A stretch of 63,934 nt of DNA, counting the filler, from an uncultured Methanosarcinales archaeon (GTDB lineage: Archaea; Nanobdellota; Nanobdellia; Woesearchaeales; BS150m-G63), in NCBI GenBank assembly GCA_964630685.1. It is 4 parts of 4 records of this genome, joined end to end, with 100 filler letters (N's around TTAATTAATTAA, not from the genome) between each part and the next. Parts side by side here need not be neighbours in the genome. Positions count along the whole stretch, not along the records: positions 37,635 to 61,852 come from CAZVVW010000013.1; 3 more parts are not named here. One strand, given 5' to 3'. The translations under genes were made by a program, and so were the position numbers. Shown one piece after another: positions 49,700 to 59,790 of the stretch (position 1 is the first letter of the stretch; the number at the start of each line of letters is the position of its first letter). The notes below the pieces were generated by a model. That model saw only the letters and a list, made by a program, of their open reading frames with translations. It searched no databases and was not told the origin of the DNA.

Positions 49700-51357
49700 A
49701 AAAAATAATAGGGGCTTCTTTAGGGGAAGATGTCCATATTCAAGGAGTTTATAATTTCTTGAAACTGGCAGAAGAAAAAGGTTATGATACAAATTTTCTT
49801 GGACCAGCAGTAAATCTAGATGGGCTCATAAAAACAATAAAAGAACAAAAACCAGATATTGTTGCATTGAGTTATAGGTTGACTCCAGAAACAGGAGATA
49901 ATTTAATTAAAGAACTTGACGAAAGAATAAAACAAGAAGGATTAACTCAACCAGAATATGTTTTTGGTGGAACAGAACCAGTTACACAAGTTGCTAAAAA
50001 ATACAATCTTTTTTCATTTATTTCAAACGGGAATAATAATGAAGAGCTAATGGATTTCTTAAATAATGAAAAACAAAGAAGAAACCTTCGCGTCAATTAT
50101 CCTCAAAATATTGTTGAAAGAATAAAACAAAAAAAACCATACCCAGTTCTAAGAACTCATTTTGGTCAGCCAACCTTAGAGGATACAATAAAAGGAATAG
50201 AAAAAATATCAGACTCTGGTTTGATTGATGTTGTATCTTTAGGAATCGATCAAGATGCCCAAGCAAATTTCTTTCACCCAGAAAGGCAAGATATCAAAAG
50301 AGCAGGAGCAGGAGGAGTACCGGTAAGAACAGAATCAGATTTAAAAAAATTATACTCAGCTACAAGAAGGGGCAACTTTCCTTTAATGAGAAGTTACGCA
50401 GGAACAGACGACTTAATAAAAATGGCTGAGATGTATGTCGATACAATAAATAATGCATGGGCAGCGATTCCAATCTTTTGGTTTAATGATATGGATGGAA
50501 GAGGATCACAAGAATTAGAACATTCTATCGACCAACACCTTCAAACAATTGAATGGCATTCTTTTGAAGATGTACCTGTGGAAATTTTAGAAGCACATCA
50601 TTGGGGAATGAGATGGGCACACGATTCACTAGCAGTTGCATCTGCTTATCTCGGAGCAAAAATAGCAAAAGGAGTTGGAGTTGAGAAATATATCCACCAA
50701 TACATGTTTAATGTTCCATCAGACACTTCTTTCAAAAATGATCTTGCAAAAATGCTAGCAGTAAAAGAAATGATTACAGAATTAGAAGATAAATATGTTT
50801 TTGATATTTATCACCAAACAAGAGCAGGATTGCCCAGTTTTCCATATAACATGGAAGCAGCAAGAGGTCAGTTAGCCTCTTCAACATTATTGCAAATGCA
50901 GTTAAACCCAGATATAATCCATGTTGTGAATTATTCAGAACCTCATCATGCAGCTACAGCAGAAGATGTAATCAACAGCGCATATATCACAAACCAAGTT
51001 ATAAAAAATTCTTTTGGAATGCCAGATATAACTAAAGATCCTGAAGTTGTAAAAAGAAAAGAAGAACTAAAAAAAGAAGCAGGACATTTGATTGAACATA
51101 TAGAAAAAAAAGGAAATATTCTTGATCCAAATTATCTCACAACCATAGTAAGAAATGGAATATTCGATGCTCCGATGTTAAAGAATAACAAATATGCTAA
51201 AGGAGAGTTAGAAGTGCTGGAAAAAGACGGCGCTTATTTTCCCTCAAAAGATGGAAGAATAATCTCAGAAAAAGAAAGGATAAAAAATGTAATGAATGAA
51301 AATATAAAGGGGTTAAACTTATATGCAAATAGCATTTCAAACAGCAACAAATATTGA
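49696..51357 (+). CDS. Cobalamin-binding protein with C-terminal catalytic domain (B12-dependent mutase-like)
   Basis: EDVHIQG (DxHxxG), LG, ALSY, FGG B12-binding motifs; true start MKKIIG overlaps previous stop (ATGA). Confidence 0.8.
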   Translation: MKKIIGASLGEDVHIQGVYNFLKLAEEKGYDTNFLGPAVNLDGLIKTIKEQKPDIVALSYRLTPETGDNLIKELDERIKQEGLTQPEYVFGGTEPVTQVAKKYNLFSFISNGNNNEELMDFLNNEKQRRNLRVNYPQNIVERIKQKKPYPVLRTHFGQPTLEDTIKGIEKISDSGLIDVVSLGIDQDAQANFFHPERQDIKRAGAGGVPVRTESDLKKLYSATRRGNFPLMRSYAGTDDLIKMAEMYVDTINNAWAAIPIFWFNDMDGRGSQELEHSIDQHLQTIEWHSFEDVPVEILEAHHWGMRWAHDSLAVASAYLGAKIAKGVGVEKYIHQYMFNVPSDTSFKNDLAKMLAVKEMITELEDKYVFDIYHQTRAGLPSFPYNMEAARGQLASSTLLQMQLNPDIIHVVNYSEPHHAATAEDVINSAYITNQVIKNSFGMPDITKDPEVVKRKEELKKEAGHLIEHIEKKGNILDPNYLTTIVRNGIFDAPMLKNNKYAKGELEVLEKDGAYFPSKDGRIISEKERIKNVMNENIKGLNLYANSISNSNKY

Positions 51358-52279
51358 AGATAAAGTTAATGTGGATTATAATCTTAATAATCCTGGAAAA
51401 ACAATAAATCCTTTACTCCAAGGATTATATAGGAGGGGAATCAAAGAAATATTTCATTATAATCTTTCTGATTTAACCACTAATACACTTCTTTCTGCAA
51501 ACGGATACACTCTAACACTTAATGAATTAAACAAAGATGGAAAATTAGACGTATCTTATCGCCCAACCATAAAAAGTTTAGATGATTTTGATATTATTTT
51601 TACAAGGGGGGACGATGTTAATAAAAAAACAGAAAAAGAAGCACTACAAATAGACAGTTTGGAAGATACTTTACTCATTAATTCAGGTTATGCTACATTA
51701 GCTACTAGGGATAAATTTGAAATCCCTAAAAGATTCTCACAATATCCAGAATTAATTCCAGATACAGTTTGTGTATCTAAAGAAGAAGATTTAAAACAAG
51801 CATGGGATACAATTAACACTGATTATGTTGTGTTAAAAGGGAGATATGGTTCTTCCGGAAAACAAGTTGAAAGATTTCCAAGAACTAAGGAAGGATATGC
51901 TCAAGCAAAAAATTATTTTAAAGAAATTGGAGATTTAGTTGTCCAAGAATTTTTGCCAGAAATAAAAAAAGGAGACGTGAGGATTAATGTTTTTGATGGA
52001 GAGATTCTCGGAGGATCTAAAAGAATTCCAGGTAATAATTGGTTAACTAACATATCTAATGGCGGAAAAATGAAGCCAGTTGAACTATCTCAAGAACTTA
52101 TAAAAAATGCACAGATAGCTGCGAGTTTATATCCTGAAGTCAGATTTCAAGGATTGGATCTCACCTATGATTCTGGAAAATTCATAGAAACAAACGCATT
52201 TCCCGCATCCATTGGCCATATGAATATCCTTTACGGCGCACACAATGAAGAAACTATTTTAGATAAAATAATAAAGTAA
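51323..52279 (+). CDS. ATP-grasp ligase (glutathione synthetase/RimK-like)
   Basis: DKF, PDT, VLKGRYGSSGKQV, VQEFLPE..GDVR, NISNGG, GLD...ETN. Confidence 0.85.
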   Translation: MQIAFQTATNIEDKVNVDYNLNNPGKTINPLLQGLYRRGIKEIFHYNLSDLTTNTLLSANGYTLTLNELNKDGKLDVSYRPTIKSLDDFDIIFTRGDDVNKKTEKEALQIDSLEDTLLINSGYATLATRDKFEIPKRFSQYPELIPDTVCVSKEEDLKQAWDTINTDYVVLKGRYGSSGKQVERFPRTKEGYAQAKNYFKEIGDLVVQEFLPEIKKGDVRINVFDGEILGGSKRIPGNNWLTNISNGGKMKPVELSQELIKNAQIAASLYPEVRFQGLDLTYDSGKFIETNAFPASIGHMNILYGAHNEETILDKIIK

Positions 52280-52298
52280 TTCACATATATTCAAATTC

Positions 52299-53000
52299 AT
52301 GAAACCATTAATTGCCATAACAACTCATTTTCAAAAAGAAAACCAAAACTATTATTCTATTTATGAAACTTATTCAAAAGCAATAGAATTAGCAGGCGGA
52401 GTGCCTGTTTTTATCCCAATATTATCAGATGTCTCAGTTTTAGAAAAATTTGATGGATTTCTTATCTCTGGAGGGGGGCAAGGAGTAAAATATCTAGAAA
52501 CAGATGGAAAATTACCTTCATTAAGAGAACAGAATCCAGAGAGATATGATTTTGAAATTAAAGTAATCAACTACGCATTAGAAAATAACAAACCTTTAAT
52601 TGGAATATGCAGGGGATGTCAAACTCTCAATGAATCTCAAGAAGGAACAACCATAGATATCAAACAGATTTCTAATTCTTTGAATCATAGACAAACAACA
52701 GAAAAACATAAACCATTCCACCAAATAAACATCCGAGGAAAACTCAAAGAGATATTACAGACAGACACAATTGAAGTAAATAGTGTCCACAGTCAAGCAA
52801 TAGATAAGGTTGCAAAAGGATTTAAACAGATAGCAAAAGCAAAAGACAACATAACAGAAGCAATAGAATCCACAAAACACGATTTTGTGATTGGATTACA
52901 ATTTCATCCAGAAAAGATGTTAGAAAATTCCTTTTGTTTTATCAAAATATTTCAAGAATTCATAAACAAGTGTAACCTTAATACTCATGACCTACAATGA
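52299..53000 (+). CDS. Class I glutamine amidotransferase / gamma-glutamyl hydrolase (PuuD, peptidase C26-like)
   Basis: GICRGCQ nucleophile elbow, VNSVHSQA, GLQFHPE. Confidence 0.9.
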   Translation: MKPLIAITTHFQKENQNYYSIYETYSKAIELAGGVPVFIPILSDVSVLEKFDGFLISGGGQGVKYLETDGKLPSLREQNPERYDFEIKVINYALENNKPLIGICRGCQTLNESQEGTTIDIKQISNSLNHRQTTEKHKPFHQINIRGKLKEILQTDTIEVNSVHSQAIDKVAKGFKQIAKAKDNITEAIESTKHDFVIGLQFHPEKMLENSFCFIKIFQEFINKCNLNTHDLQ

Positions 53001-54399
53001 GTTCATCCATCTGCATGATTTCTACACAATTGGTTGTTCTTAAATGTCTTGTTAGTTTATGATTAAAGGTCATCACAATTAAATCCTCTCTTTTGACAAC
53101 TCCTGCTTTGATTGCCCTCTTTAAAGAATCAATAAATCTTTCTCTTTTCTTTTTCTTAAATGAATGGAACTGGAACACTCCTTTGACAATATCAAGTTTT
53201 CTTGACACTCTTTCATCAGTACTCAAAGCGATTATAGGAATCTTTGGCCTATATTTTGCAATTAAATTTGGAGTAAAACCAGAATGGGTTGGAGTGATTA
53301 TTGCTTTAACATCTAAAAAACGAGCAATTTGATTCACATTAATCGCAATTGTTTCTGGAATAGTATAATTCTCTTTTATTTTCATCTTTTTTTCAGGCCT
53401 TTCAACATCAACATCTTTTATAATCCTAGCCATAGTTCTCACAGCTTCAACAGGATGATCTCCTCCAGCAGTTTCACCGCTCAGCATAACTGCATCAGCA
53501 CCATCAAGAATTGCATTGGCAACATCACTTGCTTCAGCCCTTGTTGGTTTTAGATTAGTAGTCATAGATTCAAGCATCTGAGTAGCAACAATAACTGGTT
53601 TTCCGACTTTATTGACTTTTTTAATTATTCTTTTTTGAATCATAGGTACATTTTCTACAGAAATATTCAATCCCAAATCGCCACGCGCAACCATAATTCC
53701 ATCAGAAACTTCAATAATTTTGTCAATATGATCTATTGCAGCAGGATGTTCTATTTTAGAGATAATGCTAATATTTTTTCCAGCTTTTTCTATCATTCTT
53801 CTTACTTTTAACACTGTAGCGTGTTTAGTGACAAAAGATAGGGCAATAAAATCAACATTATGTTTTAACCCAAATTCAATATCCTTATAATCTTTTTTGG
53901 TTAAGTCAGGAAGATTTACTTTTTTATGGGGCACAACCAAACTTTTTTTACTTCCCAACACACAGTTTGATAAAACCTTACATTTAACTTCTCCCTTAGA
54001 TTTAGAAACCACCCTCAACTGGACCATCCCATCACTGATTAAGATTATGTTTCCTTTGCTAACATCTTTCCATAATCCTTTATATGTCTGGTGTAATACC
54101 TTTCTTACCAATTCTGTTTTTCTGTTTGTTAAAGTTATTATTTCCCCTTTTTTCAGATGTAATGGTTCTTCCAATACAGTAGTTCTTATCTCAGGACCTT
54201 TTGTATCGAGTAAGATAGCCACCCTATGAGATAATTTTCTAACCCTCTTGATAACTTCTCTGTGATAATGATAATCTCCATGAGAGAGGTTGAGTCTTGC
54301 CACATCCATTCCTTCTTTAATTAGTTCCCTTAATTTACTAGGTTTATCACAGGATGGACCTATTGTACATATTAATTTTGTAAACTTCAAGTGTGTCAT
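52978..54399 (-). CDS. pyk: Pyruvate kinase
   Basis: TKLICTIGP, ARLNLSHG, DTKGPEIR, MVARGDLG, ATQMLESM, MLSGETA. Confidence 0.98.
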   Translation of the reverse strand: MTHLKFTKLICTIGPSCDKPSKLRELIKEGMDVARLNLSHGDYHYHREVIKRVRKLSHRVAILLDTKGPEIRTTVLEEPLHLKKGEIITLTNRKTELVRKVLHQTYKGLWKDVSKGNIILISDGMVQLRVVSKSKGEVKCKVLSNCVLGSKKSLVVPHKKVNLPDLTKKDYKDIEFGLKHNVDFIALSFVTKHATVLKVRRMIEKAGKNISIISKIEHPAAIDHIDKIIEVSDGIMVARGDLGLNISVENVPMIQKRIIKKVNKVGKPVIVATQMLESMTTNLKPTRAEASDVANAILDGADAVMLSGETAGGDHPVEAVRTMARIIKDVDVERPEKKMKIKENYTIPETIAINVNQIARFLDVKAIITPTHSGFTPNLIAKYRPKIPIIALSTDERVSRKLDIVKGVFQFHSFKKKKRERFIDSLKRAIKAGVVKREDLIVMTFNHKLTRHLRTTNCVEIMQMDELIVGHEY

Positions 54400-54491
54400 T
54401 TAACATTAAGTTGATATTATATTATTTATATCTTTGTCTATACTTTTTAGTAGTTCAATTGAAATATGTTTGATTTAGACAAAAAAGAGAA

Positions 54492-54575
54492 CGTCGCAGC
54501 TCGGATTTGAACCGAGATATCCCAAAGGAAACGAGGGTTCGAGCCTCGCGCAATACCAGATTATGCGACTGCGAC
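54492..54575 (-). tRNA. tRNA-Ser(CGA)
   Basis: GTCGCAG/CTGCGAC acceptor stem; CGAGG-CTCGAAC-CCTCG; long variable arm. Confidence 0.93.
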
Positions 54576-54728
54576 ACAATCAATATTTAGTTGTATATTT
54601 ACAATATAAAAATAAAGCCCCACTTTCTCTCTCTTTATCATAGGTCCTTAATAGGATCTCCAAGAGTTTAAGGAGCAGGGCAATTAGAATATAATTGAGT
54701 TCTTTAAAATAGTTTTGGTATTATTGAA

Positions 54729-56009
54729 TTAATGTCTATAATAAGATTCATATTCTTGATGAGTTTCAAAATATTTGAATATCTCTATAGTGAGGGTGCT
54801 ATCAGCATTTCTACTCACTTCAAACAAAGCTCTTCTAGGGCCAAATCCTTCTCTTCTGAAATGTCCCTCATGTCCCCTTTCTTTTTTACAGGTTTCATAA
54901 AAAGAAGCATTTGCAACTTTAGACTTTTTAACAATCCTCCTCCCTGTATTAAATGGGCCTGCCAAAAGTTCTTTTTCTAAAACATCTCTATCTTTCCTAT
55001 TTGTTATTTCAGTTAGATTATGAATATACACTTTAGGCTTATCTTTTTTTATCAATCTCCTCAATCTTTTTTGAGATTTATAATTTTTGATATTTCTGTT
55101 AGGCAATATCCCGGTAGCATTAGGAAAAGTATCCAATACATCTTCTAATGCTGCATGATACTCTATAGACTCATCATTATTTAATCTCAATACATTGGAG
55201 TATCTTTGATATATCTTATATGCTTCACTTTTATTAATTCCTCTTTCTTCAAATATTTCTTCTATATGTTCTATTTGTTCTTTCATAATTGAATACATAG
55301 GATCATCTATCCAATCTTTTGCAGTTCTTCCTATAATCCCCTTTGTTTCCAAAAAACTAATTTCTTTAGCATCATAAATTTTAGGTTTATATTCTTGTTT
55401 TTTTGGTTCAGGCACAACAACTCTTTTTACTTTTTCCACTAACCTTTCAACTTTTCTTTCAGGTTTTTTATAGATTATTTTACGTGCTCTAGATATATTT
55501 ATTTCATGGTTAATCATTTGCAAAAGAACATTCTCAACTTCTTCATTTTTTAAATAAATTTTTTTACCTTTTAATTCTTCCATAATATTGAGATATTTTC
55601 CTAACTCTGTAGCATACTGTTTAACTTTATGTAATTGAGATAACCCATTTGAAACATTTTCTGATTTTTTATTTGTTATATTTTTTATTTCATAAAATTC
55701 TGTTAAAGCACTTTTTGGGGGGATAATAATACTTTTATTTATTCTTTTATTCCATTTATTTATTTCACTAGTTTCATCAATTAATTTGATATTTCTTTCA
55801 ACTAATATGTCATTATATGCTTCAATTTTTTCTTTTAATTGTTCAACTAAAGGAATATATTCTTTCATAGGAATTGTTGTATAATCTCCATTCCCCCCTT
55901 TCGGAATCATCAATCTATTTTCTTCAAAAGGCAAATTTTCTTCTTCCCTCACAGCTTCAGCTATATCATCTGCTTTCTTTAAGGTTTTAAGAATTATTTT
56001 TTCTAACAT
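54729..56009 (-). CDS. Hypothetical protein
   Basis: 426-aa ORF between tRNAs; no motif recognised. Confidence 0.7.
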   Translation of the reverse strand: MLEKIILKTLKKADDIAEAVREEENLPFEENRLMIPKGGNGDYTTIPMKEYIPLVEQLKEKIEAYNDILVERNIKLIDETSEINKWNKRINKSIIIPPKSALTEFYEIKNITNKKSENVSNGLSQLHKVKQYATELGKYLNIMEELKGKKIYLKNEEVENVLLQMINHEINISRARKIIYKKPERKVERLVEKVKRVVVPEPKKQEYKPKIYDAKEISFLETKGIIGRTAKDWIDDPMYSIMKEQIEHIEEIFEERGINKSEAYKIYQRYSNVLRLNNDESIEYHAALEDVLDTFPNATGILPNRNIKNYKSQKRLRRLIKKDKPKVYIHNLTEITNRKDRDVLEKELLAGPFNTGRRIVKKSKVANASFYETCKKERGHEGHFRREGFGPRRALFEVSRNADSTLTIEIFKYFETHQEYESYYRH

Positions 56010-56082
56010 ATACTAAATTCATCATAGTTTGTTTATAAAACTTTCTATAAGTTACTACTTTTAAGTAACATTAAAGAAAAGG

Positions 56083-56207
56083 TGCGGGTGCGGGGATCTG
56101 AACCCCGGACCTCTAGATTTCGCGCTTTAGTTTGGTCATCAGCAAATCATTGCCTCATTACTCAAAGATATGAGTCTAGCGCTCTAACCAGGCTGAGCTA
56201 CACCCGC
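56083..56207 (-). tRNA. tRNA with CAT anticodon (elongator Met or Ile2), 50-nt intron at 37/38 (56119-56168)
   Basis: GCGGGTG/CACCCGC acceptor stem; CTAGA-CTCATA|intron|A-TCTAG; lacks initiator GGG/CCC stem. Confidence 0.88.
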
Positions 56208-56276
56208 GTTAATATGGAAAGAAATAATCTCTCTATTTTTAAGCTTTATGAAAAAATAATAAAAAATAAGAAAAAA

Positions 56277-56296
56277 ACTCTGCTATAGCAGAGTTG
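56277..56296. terminator. Perfect palindrome downstream of acidic-protein gene
   Basis: AACTCTGCTATAGCAGAGTT followed by a T-run on the minus strand. Confidence 0.5.
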
Positions 56297-56310
56297 GTTG
56301 TTTAAAAAAT

Positions 56311-56779
56311 CTAAAGATCTGTTGGTTCTTCTTCTTCGTTTTCAGTAGAATCATCTGAATCTTCTTCTGAATCTTCTTCTGAATCTTCTTCAGCATCATC
56401 TGAATCTTCTTCAACATCATCTGNNNNNNNNNNNNNNNNNNNNNNNNNNNNNNNNNNNNNNNNNNNNNNNNNNNNNNNNNNNNNNNNNNNNNNNNNNNNN
56501 NNNNNNNNNNNNNNNNNNNNNNNAAGAACTTTCTTCTTCTGAATCTTCAGCATCATCTGAATCTTCTTCTGAATCTTCTTCAACATCATCTGAAGAACTT
56601 TCTTCTTCTGAATCTTCAGCATCATCTGAATCTTCTTCTGAATCTTCAGCATCATCTGAATCATCATCTGAATCTTCTTCTCTATCATCTGAAGAAATTT
56701 CTTCTTCTGAGTCCTCGCTAGATTCTTCTTCGGTTGATTCTTCTTCTTGGGTTTCTTCTTCAAAATGTTCTTCTTCCAT
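56311..56779 (-). CDS. Highly acidic low-complexity (D/E/S) protein spanning an N gap
   Basis: GGAGG RBS; MEEEHFEEE...(DSEE)n...EEEEPTDL; gap 56424-56523 lies within the repeats. Confidence 0.7.
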
Positions 56780-56937
56780 TTTATATTAATTCCTCCTTAA
56801 CAAATAACTCTACCTAATAGATTGAGTAAGATTTAGATAACCATCCTCTCTTTTTTTAGGTGTTCTAATCAAGATTTAATACCTCTTTATAAGGATTTAT
56901 AGACTAAAAAATACATTTAAGAATACTCATATAACAA

Positions 56938-57345
56938 TTACAAGGAAGATATTATTTTTCTTTGGATATCTTCAACTTCTCCAGGCGAATAACTTTTTCC
57001 TTCCCAAAGCTTCAATCCATCTTCTTTTTTCCTTGGGATAATATGAAAATGTATATGATCTACTTTCTGTCCAGCAACATCTCCATTGTTTTGTGTTAAA
57101 TTAAACCCTTCAACATCAACTGCTTTAGTAACTGCAACAGCAATCTTCTGTACAGCCCCAATCAATTTAAGCAATGGCTCTTCAGGTATATCCAATAAAT
57201 TTTGGTGATGTTCTTTTGGAATAACTAATGTATGCCCTTTGTTTACAGGACTAATATCTAAAAAAGCCAAAACATTTTCATCTTCATAAACCTTTGAACA
57301 AGGCAATTCTCCTTTAACAATTTTGCAAAAAATACAATCTTCCAT
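56938..57345 (-). CDS. HIT family hydrolase
   Basis: CIFCKI, GHTLVIPK, HIHFHIIPR. Confidence 0.95.
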   Translation of the reverse strand: MEDCIFCKIVKGELPCSKVYEDENVLAFLDISPVNKGHTLVIPKEHHQNLLDIPEEPLLKLIGAVQKIAVAVTKAVDVEGFNLTQNNGDVAGQKVDHIHFHIIPRKKEDGLKLWEGKSYSPGEVEDIQRKIISSL

Positions 57346-57365
57346 TTTAAACTTCTAAAAATTTA

Positions 57366-57461
57366 TGGACTGGGCGGGATTTGAACCCGCAGCCTCTCGA
57401 TATTTGGAGTCATTTCTAACTTTGCCAACCGAGCGATCTAACCAGATTGAGCTACCAGCCC
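57366..57461 (-). tRNA. tRNA-Ala(GGC) with ~21-nt canonical intron
   Basis: GGGCTGG/CCAGTCC acceptor stem with G3:U70; CTCGG-TTGGCA|intron|A-TCGAG. Confidence 0.9.
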
Positions 57462-57612
57462 GCTAATAATATTAAAAAAATTTTATATTTATATAACTTA
57501 CTAAATAGAAAAATTTAAAAGCTATCTAATTAAAGATTTTTTGTAAAAAACTTAAAACAAAATGAACCAATAAGACACAAAGTCTTAAAGATTCATTTTT
57601 CGCAAACTCAAA

Positions 57613-58710
57613 ATGAACCAACAAGAATTTTTTAAATGGCTTGATAAAGAGCAATTATCTTCTTTTATCAAAAACACAACACCTTTTAAAAAAATATTAT
57701 CTAATCATTTTGACCCATACAAAAAAATAATTATTTTATCTGATTTTGGTTATCCCACAGGAAGACTTGCGCCAATCATGGCGGCGCTATACACTCAAGC
57801 AGCAAAAGAACTTAATATAGATTATGAATTAATTATCCAACAACCAAAAGTATTTGGTGAAGACGCAGATGATAAAATAATAGAAGCATTCTTACAATCA
57901 AATGGAGACACATTACTTCTAATGGCTTTCTCAGATCGTATTGGTTCATTAAAATCAATAGGAAAAAGTTTTAGAAAATACGCTAAAAGCAAAAATATGT
58001 CTTTTCTTTCAACCCAAGGGCTTTCACAATTAAAAACAGAACAGTTTAACCAACTCATGGACTCAATAGATATTGATTATGAAGAATTGAGAAAAAGAGG
58101 CGACGTGATAAAACAAGCATTAGATAATGGAAAAACAGCCAGAATTTATACAGATGCAGGAACAAACTTAACTTTAGATATAAGCGAATACAAATCAATA
58201 CCTAATGATGGCTTTTACAAAGGAGGAAAAGGGGGAAATCTTCCTGTTGGAGAAATTTATATAGCCCCTGGCAAAAGGAAAGTTAATGGCACATTAGTAA
58301 TAGATGTTTCTTCAAAAAATAGGGAAGGAACTCTTTTAATCAAAGAACAACCCATCATTGTGACAATAAAAGATGGGGAGATAATAAAACTAGAAGGAGG
58401 CCCAGAAGCAGACGCACTCAACGCCAGTTTTGAATGGGCAATTGAAAGGGCAAAACACCCATGGGGAATCAAATTAGTAGGTGAATTAGGAATTGGCATA
58501 AACCCTGGAGCAGAAATAATAGGACCCACAATTGTAAATGAAAAAAAAGTGGGAACAGCCCACATAGCATTTGGGAGCAATTCGTGGTTTGGTGGAAACA
58601 TTTTTTCAATAACTCACTTTGACCAGGTTTTTAATAACCCAAAGATTGAAATAGACGGACAACCGTTAGACTTAAAAAGAATACTTGATTATTCTAAATC
58701 ATACGAATAA
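57613..58710 (+). CDS. Aminopeptidase (M29/AmpT-like)
   Basis: GNLPVGEIY, GELGIGINP, EKxxGTAHIAFG, HFD. Confidence 0.85.
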   Translation: MNQQEFFKWLDKEQLSSFIKNTTPFKKILSNHFDPYKKIIILSDFGYPTGRLAPIMAALYTQAAKELNIDYELIIQQPKVFGEDADDKIIEAFLQSNGDTLLLMAFSDRIGSLKSIGKSFRKYAKSKNMSFLSTQGLSQLKTEQFNQLMDSIDIDYEELRKRGDVIKQALDNGKTARIYTDAGTNLTLDISEYKSIPNDGFYKGGKGGNLPVGEIYIAPGKRKVNGTLVIDVSSKNREGTLLIKEQPIIVTIKDGEIIKLEGGPEADALNASFEWAIERAKHPWGIKLVGELGIGINPGAEIIGPTIVNEKKVGTAHIAFGSNSWFGGNIFSITHFDQVFNNPKIEIDGQPLDLKRILDYSKSYE

Positions 58711-58718
58711 GTAAAACA

Positions 58719-59060
58719 ATGTATAAACAAGTAATAATAGTAAGACAGGATTTGAAATTGCCAAAAGGAAAAATGGCAGCTCAAGTAGCTCATGCTTCAG
58801 TTAGGGCTGTTCTAAATTCAGATAAAAAGAAAGTTCAAGAGTGGAATGACTTAGGAATGGCAAAGATTGTACTTAAAACAGAAAACGAAAAAACCATGTT
58901 AAAATTATTACAAACCGCTAAAGACAATAATCTTAAAACAGCAATGATAACAGATGCAGGAAAAACAGTTATAGCCCCAGGAACTAAAACATGTATAGCA
59001 ATCGGACCAGATGAAGAAGAAAAAATAGATGAAATCACTAATTCTTTAAAACTTATTTGA
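58719..59060 (+). CDS. pth2: Peptidyl-tRNA hydrolase Pth2
   Basis: KQVIIVRQDL..GKMAAQVAHA, DAGKT..PGT.TCIAIGP. Confidence 0.96.
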   Translation: MYKQVIIVRQDLKLPKGKMAAQVAHASVRAVLNSDKKKVQEWNDLGMAKIVLKTENEKTMLKLLQTAKDNNLKTAMITDAGKTVIAPGTKTCIAIGPDEEEKIDEITNSLKLI

Positions 59061-59631
59061 GCAAAATAGCTGGAATATTTATTAACACAAAACTCACAAA
59101 AACCATCAACCCATAAACTAATTTATTCCACTTCAAAATCTTTGCCCCATCAAAAGGCATAAAAGGAATCATATTAAACAAAGCCAACCAAGTGTTAATT
59201 AAAAAGCCGTAATAAAATAACACTATTTCAGGATAACTAATTAAGAATCCTAAAAAAAGAAAAGCTAACACTAAATTTGCCAAAGGTCCAGCAGCAGATA
59301 TTTTTCCATTTCTTGCAGTAGTTATATGGCCACCCATTATGTAAACAGCTCCTGGAGCAGCAAACACAAACCCAAAAAAACTCATAACTACAGCCAAAAA
59401 CAGCATCTGCATATTTGCCCTAAATTCTGCAAAGCAACCATACTTCTGCGCAACAAATTTATGCGCCATTTCATGAATCAAAAAACCAAGACCTACTGTA
59501 AATCCAGCAACCAATATCTGAACCCCAAATGCCAGAGTCAATGAAAATCCCCCCATAACAATTGCAAAAGCCAAAGAAATCATTACCCAAGCTTTAAACA
59601 AATCCTGTTTTTCAAGATCTGAAAATTTCAT
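59053..59631 (-). CDS. Site-2 protease family (M50) metalloprotease
   Basis: HEMAH, AGP, FNMIPFMPFDG. Confidence 0.93.
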   Translation of the reverse strand: MKFSDLEKQDLFKAWVMISLAFAIVMGGFSLTLAFGVQILVAGFTVGLGFLIHEMAHKFVAQKYGCFAEFRANMQMLFLAVVMSFFGFVFAAPGAVYIMGGHITTARNGKISAAGPLANLVLAFLFLGFLISYPEIVLFYYGFLINTWLALFNMIPFMPFDGAKILKWNKLVYGLMVFVSFVLINIPAILLK

Positions 59632-59790
59632 AAAACAGATAAACAGTTTTAGGTTTATAAAACTTACGCGAAAAATATCTCTATTTTACACACTAATTAA
59701 CAAAAATTATTTAAATGAGTTGCACTACAATTAAGAATATTAGGAAATAAATGTAAGGTAATTAGTTTTTAATTAAAAGAGGTTGGTGGT

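Noticed and set aside
56082..56288. 68-aa ORF
   Set aside because: Antisense to the intron-containing tRNA(CAT).
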